Below are positions 1-12,072 of a stretch of 64,000 nucleotides of DNA, piece after piece (the stretch's first letter is position 1; every line of letters starts with the position of its first letter). This stretch comes from Octopus vulgaris. Its lineage: Eukaryota. The notes beneath the pieces are model-generated. The model worked only from the letters and a program-made list of their open reading frames with translations, was not told where the DNA came from and ran no database searches. Location: contig OX597824.1 of NCBI GenBank assembly GCA_951406725.2, positions 84,506,001 to 84,570,000 on the forward strand, in the 5' to 3' direction. The position numbers and the translations under genes are program-made.

Positions 1-18
1 GGGTGATATCATGGCCAA

Positions 19-205
19 AGGCGGCGAGCTGGCAGAGTCGTTAGCACGCCGGGCGAAATGTGTAGCTGTATTTCGTCTGTCGTTACATTCTGAGTTCAAA
101 TTCCACCGAGGTCGACTTTGCCTTTCATCCTTTCGGGGTCGATAAATTAAGTACCAGTTACACACTGGGGTCGATATAATTCAGCCTGGTAGTAAAGAAA
201 TAAGT
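19..205 (+). mobile_element. tRNA-derived SINE, family A (head GGCGGCGAGCTGGCAGAATCGTTAGC). Other copies at about 1912-2140, 10345-10805, 17289-17500, 17905-18290, 25680-25865 and 63432-63623(-)
   Basis: A-box-like TGGCAGAATCG and B-box-like GAGTTCAAATTCC, plus the shared core CTTTCATCCTTTCGGGGTCGATAAA; many dispersed copies in the window. Confidence 0.85.
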
Positions 206-297
206 AATATCATGGCCTCCTTGAAAAGAATGATAGGTCCTTCCTGTGACTAAGCTACAAAAGAAAGTAAAATAACAGAAAGCAAATCTTTGATTTT

Positions 298-685
298 TTT
301 ACTTGTTTCAATCATTTGACTGCAGCCGTGCTGGGGCACTGGCTTGAAGAACTTTTATTAAGCGAACTGACCCCTTTACTTAATTTTTAAAGCCCAGTAC
401 TATCAGTCTCTTTTGCCAAACTGCTAAGTTACAGGGTTTTAACACACCAACATCACACCAACATCAATTGTCAAGAAGCAGTGGCGGTGGTGGGGAACAA
501 AAGTACACAAACACACACACACGTTGGGCTTCTTTCAGTTTCCATCAACCAGATCTACTTAGAAGGCTTTGGTGAGCCCAGGGCTATAGCAGAAGCTACT
601 TGCCCAAGATACCATGCAGTGGGACTGAACTGAGCACCATGTGGTTGGGGAGCAGACTTCTTACCATGCAGCCACATTTGCACCT
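298..685 (-). mobile_element. tRNA-derived SINE, family B (diverged copy)
   Basis: Homologous to the full-length copy at 27105-27505. Confidence 0.8.
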
Positions 686-981
686 AATCCATTACCCAGT
701 TTAACACCACTACCTGGTGTATGTGAAAAATTATTTGTAACACTGTATAGTGCATTAACACACTAACCACTATGGCCTGTTGCTGGAACTCATAACCTTG
801 CTATCGTAAGCTGAATACCCCTAAGCATTAAGCTATGCACTTTTGCACATCAAATATGCCATCAAATACAATAATGTGTAAATATTTTTTTGTTATATTT
901 CAGGATGGTCATTTTATTTTTACAGAGATGTACTTGCATAGCAAGTGACCTGATCTGAGATCGTGTGCTGGAACAAAAACA

Positions 982-1227
982 ATTGCAGCATGGAAGGTGT
1001 TTATAAGCCATTTAAGAAACACACAAAAACCGTTAGATTCACTTCAACATTTAAATTTAATTTGTCAAAATATTTTCATCGCTTTGAGACTGTGACCTGT
1101 TCACTGACAAAATTCGCGGTCTCAAAGCGACGAAAATATTTTGACAAATTAAATTTAAATGTTGAAGTGAATCTAACGGTTTTTGTGTGTTTCTTAAATG
1201 GCTTATAAACACCTTCCACGCTGCAAT
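982..1227. repeat. Near-perfect palindrome (114-bp arms, 18-nt spacer), probably a Penelope-like terminal repeat
   Basis: 982-1095 is the reverse complement of 1114-1227, with 4 mismatches by eye. Confidence 0.95.
1061..1111 (-). ncRNA. Putative minimal type-I hammerhead ribozyme with a G3-C8 variant core
   Basis: Minus strand reads TTTGTCA-GTGAACA-G-stem II-GAAA-ATAT-T-T-TGACAAA: a 7-bp stem I and a palindromic stem III. Stem II is GTCGC/GCGAC once CpG decay is corrected from the other arm. Confidence 0.5.
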
Positions 1228-1518
1228 CATTTTTTTTTCTTTTTGCCAAGAGCTCTTGGTGTTGCATTGATAGGTTCCCCCAACCCTTCTTTTTTTTTCC
1301 TTGTTTTTCTTTTGTAAAATATATTCCTCTTCATATTTTGAATAAAAGATGCTTTATGCAGCCCCCACGCGCGTGCGCGCACTATATATTCGTTCTTCCC
1401 TTCAGGTCTATCCTTGTTCTTATGCTTGTATCCTTTGTCTGAAATATTTTAACCTCTTCAGGAACTCTCCATCCCACGTGTCTCCTCGTGTTCCATTTAC
1501 TCCCTTCAATATTTCTAT

Positions 1519-1826
1519 TGGGTGGAGGCACATGGCCTAGTGGTCAGAGCAGCGGACTCGCGGATGAGGGATCGCCGGTTCGAATCTCAGGCTGGGCAAT
1601 GTGTGTATTTATGAGCGAAACACCTAAGATCCACGCGGCTCCGGCAGAAGGTAATGGCGAAACCTCTGCTGACTCTTTCACCACAACTTTCTCTCACTCT
1701 TTCCTTCTGCATCTTGCAGCTCACCTGCGACGGATCGGCGTCCCGTCCAGGCGGGGATCCTATACGCCAACAAAACTGGGAAAAGGGCCCTTATGAGCCA
1801 GGCATGGTTCGAGAAGGAACAAACAA
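1519..1826 (+). mobile_element. tRNA(Arg)-like SINE with 12-bp target-site duplication
   Basis: Head TGGCCTAGTGGTCAGAGCAGCGGACTCG...GGTTCGAATC; TSD CAATATTTCTAT at 1507-1518 and 1827-1838. Confidence 0.85.
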
Positions 1827-2269
1827 CAATATTTCTATGATGTGTATCTTTATCTGCGCATGCGTGTGTGTGAGAGAGAGGGGGGTTGCTTACTATACTG
1901 TATGTACCCGTAGGCGGCGAGCTGGCAGAATCGTTAGCACGCCGGACGAAATGCGTAGCCGTATTTTGTCTGCCGTTACGTTCTGAGTTCAAATTCCACC
2001 GAGGTCGACTTTGTCTTTCATACTTTCGAGGTCGATAAATTAAGTACCAGTTACGCACTGGGGTCGGTATAATCTACTTAATCCGTTTGTCTGTCCTTGT
2101 TTGTCCCCTGTGTTTAGCCCCTTGTGGGTAGTAAAGAAATATGTATATACCCGTGATTTTTTATTTGATTTTTTAAATTTCTTTTTCATTTATTTACACT
2201 TATTCATTTCTCTATTTGTAACTATTTTCTTTTCTTTCATTGTTTTTCTTTTTCTTCTTCTTCTTCCAG

Positions 2270-2575
2270 GGACTTGCCAATTCTCTGAACCCAAAATTAA
2301 GATCTTGCCGAAATGGAGGCTAAAGAAAGTGAAAGGATCTAACCTGCAGATGAAATGTGTGGTCAACTCAGTTAAAAAACCGCCGATATTTATGAAATGG
2401 TTGTTTATAAGTGTTGATCGCAATGACACGCTGGCATGTAGCAGGGGAAATAACTCTGTTTCCCTCAACATCAAGAAGCTGAAAATATTGGATGCCGGTG
2501 CCTATATATGTGTTGTGAAACTAGCTAACGGCAAGATAGTAAACAAAGATGCTGTAGTTTTCATTCTTGATAAAG
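2270..2575 (+). CDS. Internal coding exon: Ig-like (I-set/C2) domain of an LDLRAD3-like receptor; upstream exons lie outside the window or were not recognised
   Basis: Polypyrimidine tract plus CAG acceptor (2267-2269) and AAG|GTACTG donor, phase 1-1. Translation GTCQFSEPKIKILPKWRLKKVKGSNLQMKCVVNSVKKPPIFMKW...LNIKKLKILDAGAYICVV has the Ig C...W...DAGxYxC pattern. Confidence 0.8.
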
Positions 2576-2674
2576 GTACTGTATAATATATAATATGATA
2601 TAAATATAATATAATATAATATAATATATGATATAACATAATATAATATGGTATATGGTGTAAAAATCTTTTTT

Positions 2675-3070
2675 TTTCTACTCTAGGCACAAGGCCCGAA
2701 ATTTTGGGGGAGGGAACCAGTCGATTAGATCGACCCCAATACGTAACTGGTACTTAATTTATTGAGCCCGAAAGGATGAAAGGCAAAGTCGACCTCGATG
2801 GAATTTGAACTCAGAACGTAAAGTCAAACGAAATACCTATTTCTTTGCTACCCACAAGGGGCTAAACATAGAGGGGACAAACAAGGACAGACAAACGTAT
2901 TAAGTGGATTATATCGACCCCAGTGCGTAACTGGTACTTAATTTAATCGACCCCGAAAGGATGAAAGGCAAAGTCGACCTCGGCGGAAATTGAACTCAGA
3001 ACGTAATGGCAGACGAAATACCTCTCGGCATTTCACCCGACGTGCTAATGATTCTGCCAGCTCGCCGCCT
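2675..3070 (-). mobile_element. Family A SINE, head plus two tandem body units
   Basis: Head at 3070; internal junction AAGAAATA|GGTATTTC on the minus strand near 2837. Confidence 0.85.
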
Positions 3071-4390
3071 TGATATAATGTAAAATAATATAATAATAAT
3101 GTGTTGCCTCCACCCCCCGTAAAAAAAAACAGTCAGCCCAATCTGCAAGGTGGTTGGTGTTAGGAAGGGCATCCAACCATAAAACACCTTGCCAAAACAG
3201 ACACAGAAGTATGGTGTTGGCTTCTGCCTGGCCAGGTCCTGTCAAACCGTCTAACCCATGCCAGCATGGAAGGCGGACGTTAAACAATGATGATATATTT
3301 ATAGATCTCTGTGTGTATATTTGCACTGGCATTTGTTCCCACCACCACTTGACAGCCAAACCTGCCAGTTCGGAAAAGAGACCATTGGAATAAGGATCTG
3401 GCTTGAAACTTAAGTGCTGCAAAAGGGACCAATAGAATAAGTACTGGGGTTGGCATATTTGACTAAACCCTTCCAAGTGATACTCCAGCATGGTCACAGT
3501 CCCAAAGGCTGAAACAAGTTAAAAGATAAAAGTAAAATGACAAGTTGGCAGACTCAGCAGAGTGTCTGTGAGAATGCTTTGAGTTGTTACAAAGAAGAAC
3601 ACTGGTATCCCTTGAGAGCTTTGATAAATAAAAAAATATACATTCTTTTTGTAACCAAAGAAAAATGTTGTTACTCGAATGGCAAAACATCGAATGAGTT
3701 TGGAGATATTTGTTCTTGGACCGATGTGATTGTAGCAGCAGTCAAAATGTGGTTAGCCACTGGTTTGCTACTGTCTTCTGATATCTCTCATTCGCCACTG
3801 GTTCATTGCTTTAACTGTCTCTTTGATGCCTGTCTGCCATCTCATGGTTGTAGCTAAGGTGCACTGAATATATAGTGTGAGTTAGGTTCAGAAAGAAACA
3901 TGCCAAAAGATGAAATCATTACTGGAGCTGGTTCCAGATGAAGTCTTGATCAATCAAATCTTTTCAGTGATGTAGGTTACATTCTAACAAATCATGATAT
4001 TGGATATAGTGATCTAACTGATAAATATTCCCGCTACAGAGGTATTCATTCCAGCTCTCTATACTCTGAGTTCAAATCCCACTGTGGTCAACTTTACTTT
4101 CATCCTTTCAAGGTCAATAAATGATGTAACAGTCCAGTACTGATGCCAATTCTTTCTCTCTTCCTCTTTCTCAGTCTCACTTTCTGAATTTCTCCCCAGA
4201 ACAATTTCAGAATTGGAAAGGGACTCCATCAAGAGTCAAGGGTTTCATCACCATTCCTTATACAGAGATTTAATCAGTCACCCAGTTTAACACCATGTTT
4301 AGATTATTATTGTTTTTATTATTATTGTTGTTGTTGATGTGGTTGTTGTTGTTATTATAATAAATCTATTATTCTTCTCCACCGCAACAG

Positions 4391-4516
4391 AAATGCCTGG
4401 ACCCTGTAGTGAGCATCAGTTTCTGTGCCAGACATCAAGATTGTGTATCGCTAAAAAGTTCCTTTGTAACCGAGTGAATGATTGTACAGATAAATCTGAT
4501 GAGAAGGACTGTGAAG
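4391..4516 (+). CDS. Internal coding exon: LDL-receptor class A module
   Basis: CAG acceptor and AAG|GTAAGT donor, phase 1-1. CSEHQFLCQTSRLCIAKKFLCNRVNDCTDKSDEKDC has six Cys and the DCxDxSDE motif. Confidence 0.93.
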
Positions 4517-4605
4517 GTAAGTCATAAATACCTGGTGTTGTTTGTTGTGTAAGACATTAAGCAGGTCATATGGTCCTTATAGATGCAGACAATACGTAAC
4601 TCTAA

Positions 4606-4997
4606 TCTATATATATAAAGCTGAAGTTGTCTCTGTAAGGCAGATTTGGTAGCCTTCAACTAACACTATCTCCGCCATGACCCTGCAGTGCAAGTTGACC
4701 AAAATTGAGAGTATGATAGAAGAAGGCTTGCTCTTTATTCCGTAGGACATAAAATTCAAATCGGACCATGTTAAGACCAAAAATTATTTACATCAAAAAG
4801 GTGCTTTTTTTTTCTATGAAAAACCCTATTTTTTACGATTTTTTTACTGCTGTGTCGCCATTTTTCGGTGTATTTCAACCAGAAAAATGTTCACTTAAAG
4901 AGAATAACAAGCTACATAATGCAAAATTTTTACTTTTCAAAAATTCCAATAGAAAAGGGTCAAAACAAACCCGAGCAATGCCAGGCGATACTGTTAG
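4606..4997 (+). mobile_element. Non-autonomous Helitron-like element
   Basis: Starts A|TCTATATATATAAAG and ends with a subterminal GC-rich hairpin remnant (CCCGAGCAATGCCAGG) then TTAG|T (degenerate CTAG); A-T target site. Confidence 0.65.
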
Positions 4998-6251
4998 TAT
5001 TTAATATTAATAAACACACACACACATATATATGTGTGTGTATGTATTATATATATTCTTATACAAGAATGTTCTTGATAGTGACTTCAAAGTTTTGATT
5101 AGCTAAGCCATCATTGGACTGTGATGTATTAGAGTTAGTTTTGCCTTTATATAGTCTCTGTTGAGTTTAAATCATCTTTGGGTGTGTGTGTGGTTTGAGT
5201 GAGTTTTTATGGAAAGGTGTTTTGGAAAAATTTTTATTGATTAAATTTGGGAGAATTTATTCATGCATGTAGAACTTTGTAAACAAACTTGCAGGTGTTT
5301 CTCTTTCGTTAGGCTGTCAAAAGGTGTGACTATTGGATTTAATCTTTTTGCATTGACAATATAAAGATCAAAGATACAAAGTCCAGTGTTTAAGCCCTTA
5401 GTAATTAGGTGCGTCAATTTTTTTTTCACAAAAGAATATAGGTTGGTGGTAAGTTTTTGGCTGGTCCTATCTTTACTTGTTGTTATTTAAGGCATTTCCT
5501 GTTTTCAGTGGTGATGTTGGGGTTATTAGTCAGGTATGTCATGGCTTTGTTAGTATGGAAAATTGTTTCTCTTTGATGTTCACAAAAATATTTGAGTAGG
5601 GGGTTGTATGTTAATATGTTTCTCTCTATGTAAACACTACAACACATGAACACCTTTATACAAGGTGTTACTATTACAAATCTTTGAAGTGAATCATATC
5701 CTTGAACATCTATGCAATAGGAATGTTTTAAAGAGAATATAATAAACAAGTTTTGCAGGTGTACAATTCCCCGTCGTTATTTTAAAGTCTTTAAATATAC
5801 ACTCTGTATAATGTATAATAGCCAAAGAAGCAAACTCATTAGGTGGAATACTCTGTAATTGTTTCCCATAAAAAATTTCCTGTAATTCCATATCATTCAA
5901 TGTGATGAGCCAGAACCTGGATTATACTAGAGCAATGCTCCATAACCATTCTTTCACTTGTGGTTTACTTGTAATCTTTTCAAAATTCAGCGTCACACCT
6001 GAACTAAAAACATAACTAAATGTATAGGGAAAAAAATTATACTCAGGTTACACTGCGGCACACTTAGCATTGTCTGTTGACATACCAGTGTGCCATGACA
6101 TACTGGTTTTGGGGCACTATACTAGAGTACTTCTTAAGTACCTGCCCAGATTACAGATCCATATTCATTTATATATAAATTATATATATAGGTGCAGGAG
6201 TGGGTGTGTGGTAAGAAGCTTTGCTTCTCAAGCACATGGTTATGGGGTCAG

Positions 6252-6788
6252 TCCCGAGGTCGACTTTGCCTTTCATCCTTTCGGGGTCGATAAATTAAGT
6301 ACCAGTGAAACACAAGGGTCGATGTAATCGACTTAATCTGTTTGTCTGTCCTTGTTTGTCCCCTGTGTATTTAGCCCCTTGTGGGCAGTAAAGCAATAGG
6401 TATTTCTTCTGTCGTTACGTTCTTAGTTCAAATTCCACCAAGGTCGACTTTGCCTTTCATCCTTTCAGGGTCGATAAATTAAGTACCAGTTATGCATTGG
6501 GGTCGATATAATCGACTTAATCCATTTGTCTGTCCTTGTTTGTCCCCTCTATGTTTAGCCCCTTGTGGGTAGCAAAGAAATAGGTATTTCGTTTGACTTT
6601 ACGTTCTGAGTTCAAATTCCACTGAGGTCGACTTTGCCTTTCATCCTTTCGGGGTCGATAAATTAAGTACCAGTTATGCATTGGGGTCGATGTAATCGAC
6701 TTAATCCGTTTGTCTGTCCTTTCTGTGTTTAACCCTCTCTGTGTTTGTCCTCTTTGTGTTTAGCCCCTTGTGGGTAGTAAAGAAATAT
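6252..6788 (+). repeat. Three head-to-tail family A SINE body units (about 184 bp period), immediately upstream of the terminal exon acceptor
   Basis: Junctions AATA|GGTATTTC at about 6399 and 6583. Confidence 0.9.
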
Positions 6789-6838
6789 ACGTGTGTATAG
6801 TATTCACCCTGTTCCTATTTTTTAATCTCTCTTTTCAG

Positions 6839-7659
6839 CTTCACACCCTACATATGCTGTGACCAAACATCCTGATACTGAACTTGATGGTCAAGCATTC
6901 TTCATGCAAACTGCTGTTTATTCTGTGATTGGATGTGCTATTGGTGTGATACTCCTCATCTCCGTACTCATCATCGCAGTTTTCCGAGTTCGAATGAAGC
7001 GTGCCGCCGTGCGACGTGCCATGGCACCAAACGACTCCGGCATGCGAGGGAATGCAGCAACTTCAGCGGCAGGAGGATCTTCGGCTGCGTCCGGATCAAA
7101 TTCGGTGCCGCCTGAATACGACCCTTTCCTCTCTCCGAGCAGTCAGCAGCAGCAACAGCAGCAGCAGCCCTCGTCGTCGTCGTCGTCACAGTTCGGCAAC
7201 ATCATTGTGAATGTTAACAACGGTGTACAGTACGTTCCTGGCAGTGACTTCCCCCAGTACATTGAACCGCCGCCCCCTTACTCCACGGTGGTCGCAGGCC
7301 GGGAGTGTTCCCCGCCACCGCCGTACAGCACAATCGACCCATCTGCGCCCCCGCTGCCCCCCTTGCCACCGCCACCCCCACCGCCATCATCATCTGCAGC
7401 AGCAGCATCATCGCCGATCCTCAATTTGTCCACGCCAACCCAACAAACCGAACCCCCAGAAAGAATCACCCCTCTCTTACCGCCACCTCGGAGTATGTCT
7501 GCTTTAACGCCACCAATCTTGGCCGACCCCACGCAGACCGGAGAGTTACCACGCACACTCCCTGCACAGTTGTCTGCAGCCACCGCCGATGGCCATGCTC
7601 TTCCAGGACACATTATTGTAAAAGATGGTAAAATTATTCTCACACCAAGGAACTCGTGA
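6839..7659 (+). CDS. LDLRAD3: Terminal coding exon: TM helix and cytoplasmic tail of an LDLRAD3-like protein
   Basis: TTTTCAG acceptor, phase 1, in frame with the LDLa exon. TM segment VYSVIGCAIGVILLISVLIIAVF is followed by basic RVRMKR. IVNVNNGVQYV resembles vertebrate LDLRAD3 NVNNGIQYV (recalled). PPEY and two PPPPY motifs. TGA at 7657-7659. The symbol means 'like'. Confidence 0.85.
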
Positions 7660-7959
7660 CAATGTGGTTTAACATCAAAATTATAATTATAATAGAAATG
7701 ATATTATAACAAAAAAAAACAACAAAAAATGCTGATAAGAAAAATTAAAAAGGTTGTAATTTGTATTTCCACTAATTGTGGTGAAATTTACCTTGGATAT
7801 TTTCTCTAGCAAAGTAAAACTTGTATTAAAAAAAAGAAAAAGGAGATTTTTTTTAACGGTTGCAGTAAGCTACGAAAGAAAACAAAAATTTGGTATTGAT
7901 AATGGAAAGAAATATTTCTGAAAGAGAATCCCTTTAACTCTCTAAGAAGAGAAGATATA

Positions 7960-8074
7960 TTTATAGATATGTATGTAAGTGTCTCTGTGTGTGTATATGT
8001 ATGTACATAAATATATACATATATATATATACACACACATACATATATATATATATATACACACATGCATATAC

Positions 8075-8126
<52 letters not shown>

Positions 8127-8262
8127 ATATATATATATATAATATATATATATATATGTATATATATATATTTGTGTTCACACACACACATATATATATA
8201 TGCATGTGTGTGTGGGTGTATGTAGCTATATATAAATGCATGTAATATGTCTGTGTGTATGT

Positions 8263-8304
<42 letters not shown>

Positions 8305-8441
8305 TGTGTGTATCATGTGTATGTGTATTTAACATACATATAAATATTACATTGCATATATTATAAACATACACACACACATATATACATATATATACAT
8401 GTATATATACATACATACATAAATATATGTGTGTGTGTGTA

Positions 8442-8492
<51 letters not shown>

Positions 8493-8815
8493 ATATTCAT
8501 GCATATAAACATATATATTTATTGATGATGATATATACATACATACATATATATACATGTGTGTGTGTGTATATATATATATATACATACACACATGTAT
8601 GTATGAAATAGAGATAATTTATATGTATATTTTATATAAATTTATATATATATTATATATTTATATATAAATATATATGTATATGCATATACACACATAT
8701 ATCTGTAAATATATATATTTATGTATACGTGTGTGTATATATATATGTATGTATGCATAATATATAGACAATATATGTAGGTTGTATGTATATATGTAAA
8801 TATATATATATACAC

Positions 8816-8862
<47 letters not shown>

Positions 8863-9415
8863 CATACATATATATATATTGTGTATATATGTATATATAT
8901 ATTTCATACATATATATGTGTATATATATATAAAATATACATCTAATATAGAAAACAAAGATGGAATGAATTTGTAATATCACTTCCAGGATGTTACGAC
9001 ATATATTAAACAGTATGGTTTTGTGTGTGTGTGCCTGTGTGTTTGTGTGTGAGAATGAGAGTCGGTGAGTGAGTGTGTGTATGTGTATATGCGTGTGTCG
9101 TATGCGTGAGAATAATTCCACTTTAAATTTAAACCAAAAATAATTTTTGTCCCTTTCATAGATTCCATGTGTTTGTAATATTTCTTAGGCTTGAAGATTT
9201 CAAGAGTTTGGCGTTTCTTGGTGAGTTCAGTGGAAACGACTCATACATTTCACGTTTGGCTGTTAATTTTTTTTTTTTTTTGTTTTCTATTTAATTCATT
9301 GTTATTTGTTTTATTCATTTTTTTTTTTTTTTTTGGCTCATTTTCTTCTGTTTAAACTTTTTATGGGAGACCTTTTCATTCTAAGGCACATCTTGAAAAT
9401 TCAGCTGATATTTTT

Positions 9416-9449
<34 letters not shown>

Positions 9450-9578
9450 ATATTAAATATGCTGTGTATCTTTGTGGAAAAGGTACCAATTTGCAATTTA
9501 ACTGTGGATTCAGATGTTACCTTGGTCACCAAACCATGTCACTTTCTCTCTCTTTTCCTCCTTACCCACCCTGCTCAT

Positions 9579-9616
<38 letters not shown>

Positions 9617-9676
9617 CCATACATATATGTATATATACACACACACATAGATGCAAATATATATACATACATATAC

Positions 9677-9711
<35 letters not shown>

Positions 9712-9883
9712 TACATACACACACATGTACAACTATACACATACACATATATACATATGTATATAAATATATGTACATGTGTATATATGTGTGTATGTAT
9801 ATGTATATATATATACATACATATGTATGTATATATATGTGTGTGTATATATGTATATATACATACATATGTATGTATATATA

Positions 9884-9935
<52 letters not shown>

Positions 9936-9990
9936 CATATGTATGTATATATATGTGTGTGTGTGTGGATATATATATATGTATATACAT
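7960..9990. repeat. Compound (TA)/(CA)/(TG) microsatellite tracts (7960-9110 and 9575-9990)
   Basis: Direct inspection; these tracts are the source of the spurious YI/CV-repeat ORFs. Confidence 0.95.
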
Positions 9991-10309
9991 ATTATCAGAA
10001 TATTGTATATTCTTGCCAACAGCAGTGAAGCTAACTCTTACATTCCTTTATTTGTAATTATCATCATCATGGGGTAATTAGTGGGAGTTTTCAATCTAAT
10101 CAACTTGGCACCCTCTTCCCCTCCACATCCATGGTCTTGTACCTATGATAGTAATTATCATCATCATTATTATTATTATTATTCTGATTTAAAATCTCAA
10201 TGAGGAAGTACCAGTTATGAACTGGGACTGATTTAATCAAGTGTGCTCTCCTCCCTTCCCCTATTCAAAATTCAGGCTCTGTACTTGTTAGAAATCTTTA
10301 TTATTATTA

Positions 10310-10342
<33 letters not shown>

Positions 10343-11371
10343 TATATGAAGATGGTGAACTGGCAGATTGTTAACATGCTGGACAAAATACTCGGCGGCA
10401 TTTTGTCCTGTCCTTACATTCTGAGTTCAAATTCTGCTGAGGTCGATTTTTCCTTTCATCCCTTTGAGGTTGATAAAATAAGTACCAGTGAAACACTGGG
10501 GGTCGATGTAATCAACCATGCCCCTCCCCCAAAAATTTCAGGCCTTGTGCCTATAGTAGTAAGAATTATTATTATTATTATTATCATCATCATTATATAT
10601 AGACGGTCAACTGGCAGAGTCCTTAACATGCTGGGCAAAATGCTTAATTGCATTTCGTCCAGCCCTACATTCTGAGTTCAAATTCCACCGAGGTCGACTT
10701 TGCCTTTCATCCTTTTGGGAGTCGATAAAATAAAGTACCAGTAGAACAATGGGGACCGATGTAATCGACCCCACCACCAAAAAAAAAATTGCTGGCCTTG
10801 TACCATTATCATCATCATCATCATTATTATCATTATTATTATCATCATTATTATTATTATCATTATTGTTATTATTATTGTTTCATTTGATTGCTACTGC
10901 TGTTGCTGTTGTTATTGTATTCCATGATGGTCAGTGGTAACTGTTGATTCATCTTACTTGCAATGCAAGGTGGTTAACAACTGCTTGTTTACTAATGTCA
11001 ACATGGTGGCCACGTGAGGGTCGACACCTTTCACCTACAATGCAATATATTCTTCTTTATTCCCAGTATTTGAAAACAAATTAACCAAAATTATAACTTT
11101 TTTTTAAAATCATGTTTTTTTTACCCCTCCCCCAAGGACATTCCACCAGGTCTAAGGATTTCTCTAGAATTGTAAAAATCTTATCTTGCATGTAGTGACT
11201 ACCATTCAACACCCTTTTACTGTCCACACCTACCTTGTATAGGTGATGTGTGTGTGTGTGTGTGTGTGTGTGATCATATATATATATATAGATTGAGATG
11301 AATATGGTACTTAAGCTGAAGGCACCAGAATTTAGTATATTAGCCATATAATTTAAAATAAGGTGATTATA

Positions 11372-12072
11372 ATCAAAATAAGCAACAAGGATATCCAGAG
11401 GTAATGCAGTACGATCGTTTCATGCGACTCCATTTAATTGAACAATGCAATCATTTCATTGCATCAATTTAAAATGTAGAGCAATTTTCAGCTGCATAAA
11501 AATATAGAATTTAATTGAATTAGGACACATTAGTATAATTTTACCTAAAATCTCCAAGAGGATAAGGAGATAGACAAAGAACATGTTTTGTAACTGAGAT
11601 TTTTTTCAAAAAAGACACTGCTTATCATTGATTATTTCAGTTATTTATTTAGATGTGGGGGGGGGGTTCAATTTTAATTTATAGGCTAGTGTAGTATCAT
11701 TAAACGATACTACACTCTGTCTTCCCTCAGATTTGATAAACTTGCCTATAAATTAAAACTGACCCCCCCCCCTAAAGTAAATCTAAATAACAGAAATAAT
11801 CAGTGATGAGGCAGTATCTGTTTTGAAAAAAATCTGTTACAACTGTGATGTTGGTAAAACATGTTCTTTGTCTATCTATTTATCGTCTTGGTGATTTTGT
11901 ATAAAATTATACAAATGAATCCTTCGAATTTAACTAAATTCTATATTTGTATAAACCTGAAGATTGCTCTACATTTTAAAATTGATGTAATATTTGCATT
12001 GTTCAATTAAATGGAGTCGCATGAAACGATTGTACTGCATTACCTCTGGATATCCTTGTTGCTTATTTTGAT
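11372..12072. repeat. About 700-bp imperfect palindrome of Penelope-like terminal repeats, with a hammerhead fold in each arm
   Basis: Ends ATCAAAATAAGCAACAAGGATATCCAGAGG and its reverse complement; arms about 315 bp; same terminus as the Penelope fragment at 45031. Confidence 0.92.

Noticed and set aside
963-1267. Two near-identical ORFs on opposite strands
   Set aside because: Artefact of the palindrome.
1523-1595. Possible tRNA-Arg gene (and other tRNA-like heads)
   Set aside because: It continues into a SINE body with a TSD; the cloverleaf is degenerate and there is no oligo-T terminator.
6252-6788. CRISPR-like repeat array
   Set aside because: The units are long contiguous repeats with no unique spacers; eukaryotic context with no cas genes.
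7278-7643. Antisense and alternate-frame ORFs over the LDLRAD3-like last exon
   Set aside because: Expected shadow ORFs of a GC-rich, Pro/Ser-rich exon.
7806-10077. Long ORFs rich in Y/I/C/V/H/T (also 36564-37669, 38588-39248, 40127-40929 and 44402-44965)
   Set aside because: They are translations of TA/CA/TG microsatellites that lack stop codons, open on both strands and in several frames.
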